Source: a virus
DNA: 51,331 bases
IMG/VR virus record: IMGVR_UViG_3300045988_092522
Location: 1 to 51,331 of that record
Reading direction: 5' to 3' (one strand)
The notes under the pieces were generated by a model that saw nothing but the letters and a program-made list of their open reading frames with translations, searched no databases and was not told where the DNA came from. Shown in pieces: positions 49,896 to 51,331 of the stretch. Position numbers and translations under genes: made by a program. Position 1 is the first letter of the stretch. Each line of letters begins with the position of its first letter.

Positions 49896-50193
49896 CGTCA
49901 TCCATCCTCTCTCCATTGCTGCAAAAATCCTCCGGCAGCACCACTCGCCCATGCAGCATGCACCATCCGCAATCCTCCCGGTAGCCCTCCGGCAGCGGAG
50001 GCCGCTTGCCCATGCACACGCAGTCCCTGCACCTGACCACCTGCGTTACGTCAGCGGCAGGGGTCTCGTCGATGATGTCCAGCACGTCGCGGATCAGCAC
50101 ATCCGCCAGTAATCCGAAATCTCGCGGCTTCAGGCTATCGCAATACGCGCTTACAGCCGCTTTGAGCGTTTCAGCGTCAATGTACTTCGACAT
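49888..50193 (-). CDS. Hypothetical Cys-containing protein (101 aa)
   Basis: ORF track. Confidence 0.55.
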   Translation of the reverse strand: MSKYIDAETLKAAVSAYCDSLKPRDFGLLADVLIRDVLDIIDETPAADVTQVVRCRDCVCMGKRPPLPEGYREDCGWCMLHGRVVLPEDFCSNGERMDDDA

Positions 50194-50196
50194 CGT

Positions 50197-51331
50197 TCAT
50201 TCCTCCTTCGGCCAGATCCTTAATTCCTCCGCAACGCCGCCCAACACGAATGCCGCGCATGGGAGCGCGATGCCGTTGCCCCACATTTTGTACTCTGCAC
50301 TATCCGTGTGCAGGGAGTTATACCACTTGGTCAGCGCCTCCGCGCTGTATTTCTTGGGCTGCTTCCCCGCAATGGACGCAGAAGTGTCGCGTACCTGCTG
50401 CCAGAACGCCAGTTCTTCGTCGGACAGCCTGTCCTTATGGTCGGGGACGCCCCACCCGTCGGGGAAGCCCTGCAAGCGGCAGCATTCCAGCGGTGTCAAA
50501 CGGCGAATGATGTACTTGCGCGGCGGCTTGCCGGAGGTCAGCACGCTGGGTGTGCAATTCAGGCTTTGCCCGCCATTCGCCTTGGCTTGCAGCGTGTGCG
50601 TTTTTTCTTCGTCCAGTACGGCGTTCCGGCAGTCCACGCCGTAGACGGGAGGATGCTCGACAACCAGATCGCGAGGACTTTTGAAATCTCGCGCTGCCAT
50701 TGTGGATGCTATGCCATCAGCGGCATACTCTCCAATTTTCGGGCTGCGATATACTGTGACCGCCGTGTAATCCATCACACGGTTCTCGTGGTCTCCGGTC
50801 AGCGTCGGGCAGCGCGTCCCGTCGCCATTCCCGCGTGCGTCGTAGCACACAACGTTCTGTCCGCGGTCTATGCAGGGGGACGCATCCGCTTCCGCCGTCA
50901 GCGTCCGGGCGACCTGCGGATAGCAGACGCAATTCGGCTGCTGCGCGCTTTCAACGTTTCCAGCATTCGCCGCAGTCAGCGAGTGAAAGACCTTTGGATA
51001 GCACACCGCAGGCACGGAGTTCCCGCCAGCCTCGCTGCCCAGCGTCGGCGTGACGGTTTCGCTTTCGCCCAGACTGCGCGCCTTCGCGCCCTGTCCAGCT
51101 TTAAAGCAGATCGCCGGGAACACGCCGTCAATGGCGTACTGCCGGATGGTATGCGCGTCCCACAGATTCAGACACTCAACGCCACGGCTTCTTCCAGTGC
51201 TTCCCGGAGCATCGGCGGCAGCGCCTTGCCCCGTCGCTCCGCACGCCGCAGGATGCCCTCGCAGGCCCTCGCGCTCAAATAATATTTCTCCGGCGCGTCC
51301 GCCTGCAAAATCTGCCACAAGGTAGATTCTC
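50197..51331 (-). CDS. DNA (cytosine-5) methyltransferase, C-terminal part (long variable region plus motifs IX and X)
   Basis: RRLTPLECCRLQGFPDGW (motif IX) and WGNGIALPCAAFV (motif X). The track 'M' at 51318 is an internal GTG (Val). The frame stays open to the contig end and joins 703..120. Confidence 0.9.
   Translation of the reverse strand, partial: RIYLVADFAGGRAGEILFEREGLRGHPAACGATGQGAAADAPGSTGRSRGVECLNLWDAHTIRQYAIDGVFPAICFKAGQGAKARSLGESETVTPTLGSEAGGNSVPAVCYPKVFHSLTAANAGNVESAQQPNCVCYPQVARTLTAEADASPCIDRGQNVVCYDARGNGDGTRCPTLTGDHENRVMDYTAVTVYRSPKIGEYAADGIASTMAARDFKSPRDLVVEHPPVYGVDCRNAVLDEEKTHTLQAKANGGQSLNCTPSVLTSGKPPRKYIIRRLTPLECCRLQGFPDGWGVPDHKDRLSDEELAFWQQVRDTSASIAGKQPKKYSAEALTKWYNSLHTDSAEYKMWGNGIALPCAAFVLGGVAEELRIWPKEE
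51213..51331. repeat. Terminal direct repeat, second copy (identical to 1..119)
   Basis: Read directly. Confidence 0.95.

Noticed and set aside
1-51331. Diversity-generating retroelement, retron, or toxin-antitoxin pairs of known type
   Set aside because: No reverse transcriptase, no template/variable repeat pair, and no recognisable classical TA families were seen in any frame.

Overview
This window is a complete, circularly closed phage genome. Bases 1-119 are identical to 51213-51331, so the unique length is 51,212 bp and the contig break falls inside a cytosine-5 methyltransferase gene. It looks like a temperate siphovirus-type phage. The GC-rich sequence with strong GGAGG-type ribosome-binding sites suggests a Firmicute or Clostridia-like host, but that is inference only.

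Almost all genes lie on the minus strand. Reading in the direction of transcription, from high to low coordinates:
- an early/accessory block (Dcm, DUF551, PAPS-reductase-like, lipoprotein, ThyX-like, MazG, late regulator)
- an HKD nuclease, then TerS, TerL, portal, MuF, scaffold and capsid
- head-tail joining and tail genes, tape measure, Dit, a 1371-aa tail-tip protein and fibres
- endolysin, XhlA and holin
- two self-contained accessory cassettes
- attP and integrase, then the CI/Cro-like switch
- the recombination/replication module (Gp157, Sak4-like ATPase, DUF669 SSB-like, Lar-like, DnaD-like organizer, RusA), ending with DUF5131

Most notable observations:
1. The large terminase is broken by what reads as a naturally split intein. 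A complete Dam-class adenine methyltransferase gene sits between the N- and C-intein halves and is joined to both by ATGA stop/start overlaps.
2. That methyltransferase carries an in-frame 13 x 9-bp tandem repeat.
3. The tape-measure gene is interrupted by a 982-nt group I intron encoding a GIY-YIG homing endonuclease.
4. A 412-bp non-coding, phased-repeat, GGA-rich region lies in the replication module.
5. A promoter-to-terminator small RNA candidate is present.
6. An acr/aca-like operon sits under a palindrome-controlled consensus promoter.
7. A cassette of Gln-rich and Cys-cluster proteins lies next to attP.
8. A 572-aa Dcm has several TRD-like modules.

All family calls come from motif recognition by eye. 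No searches were run.
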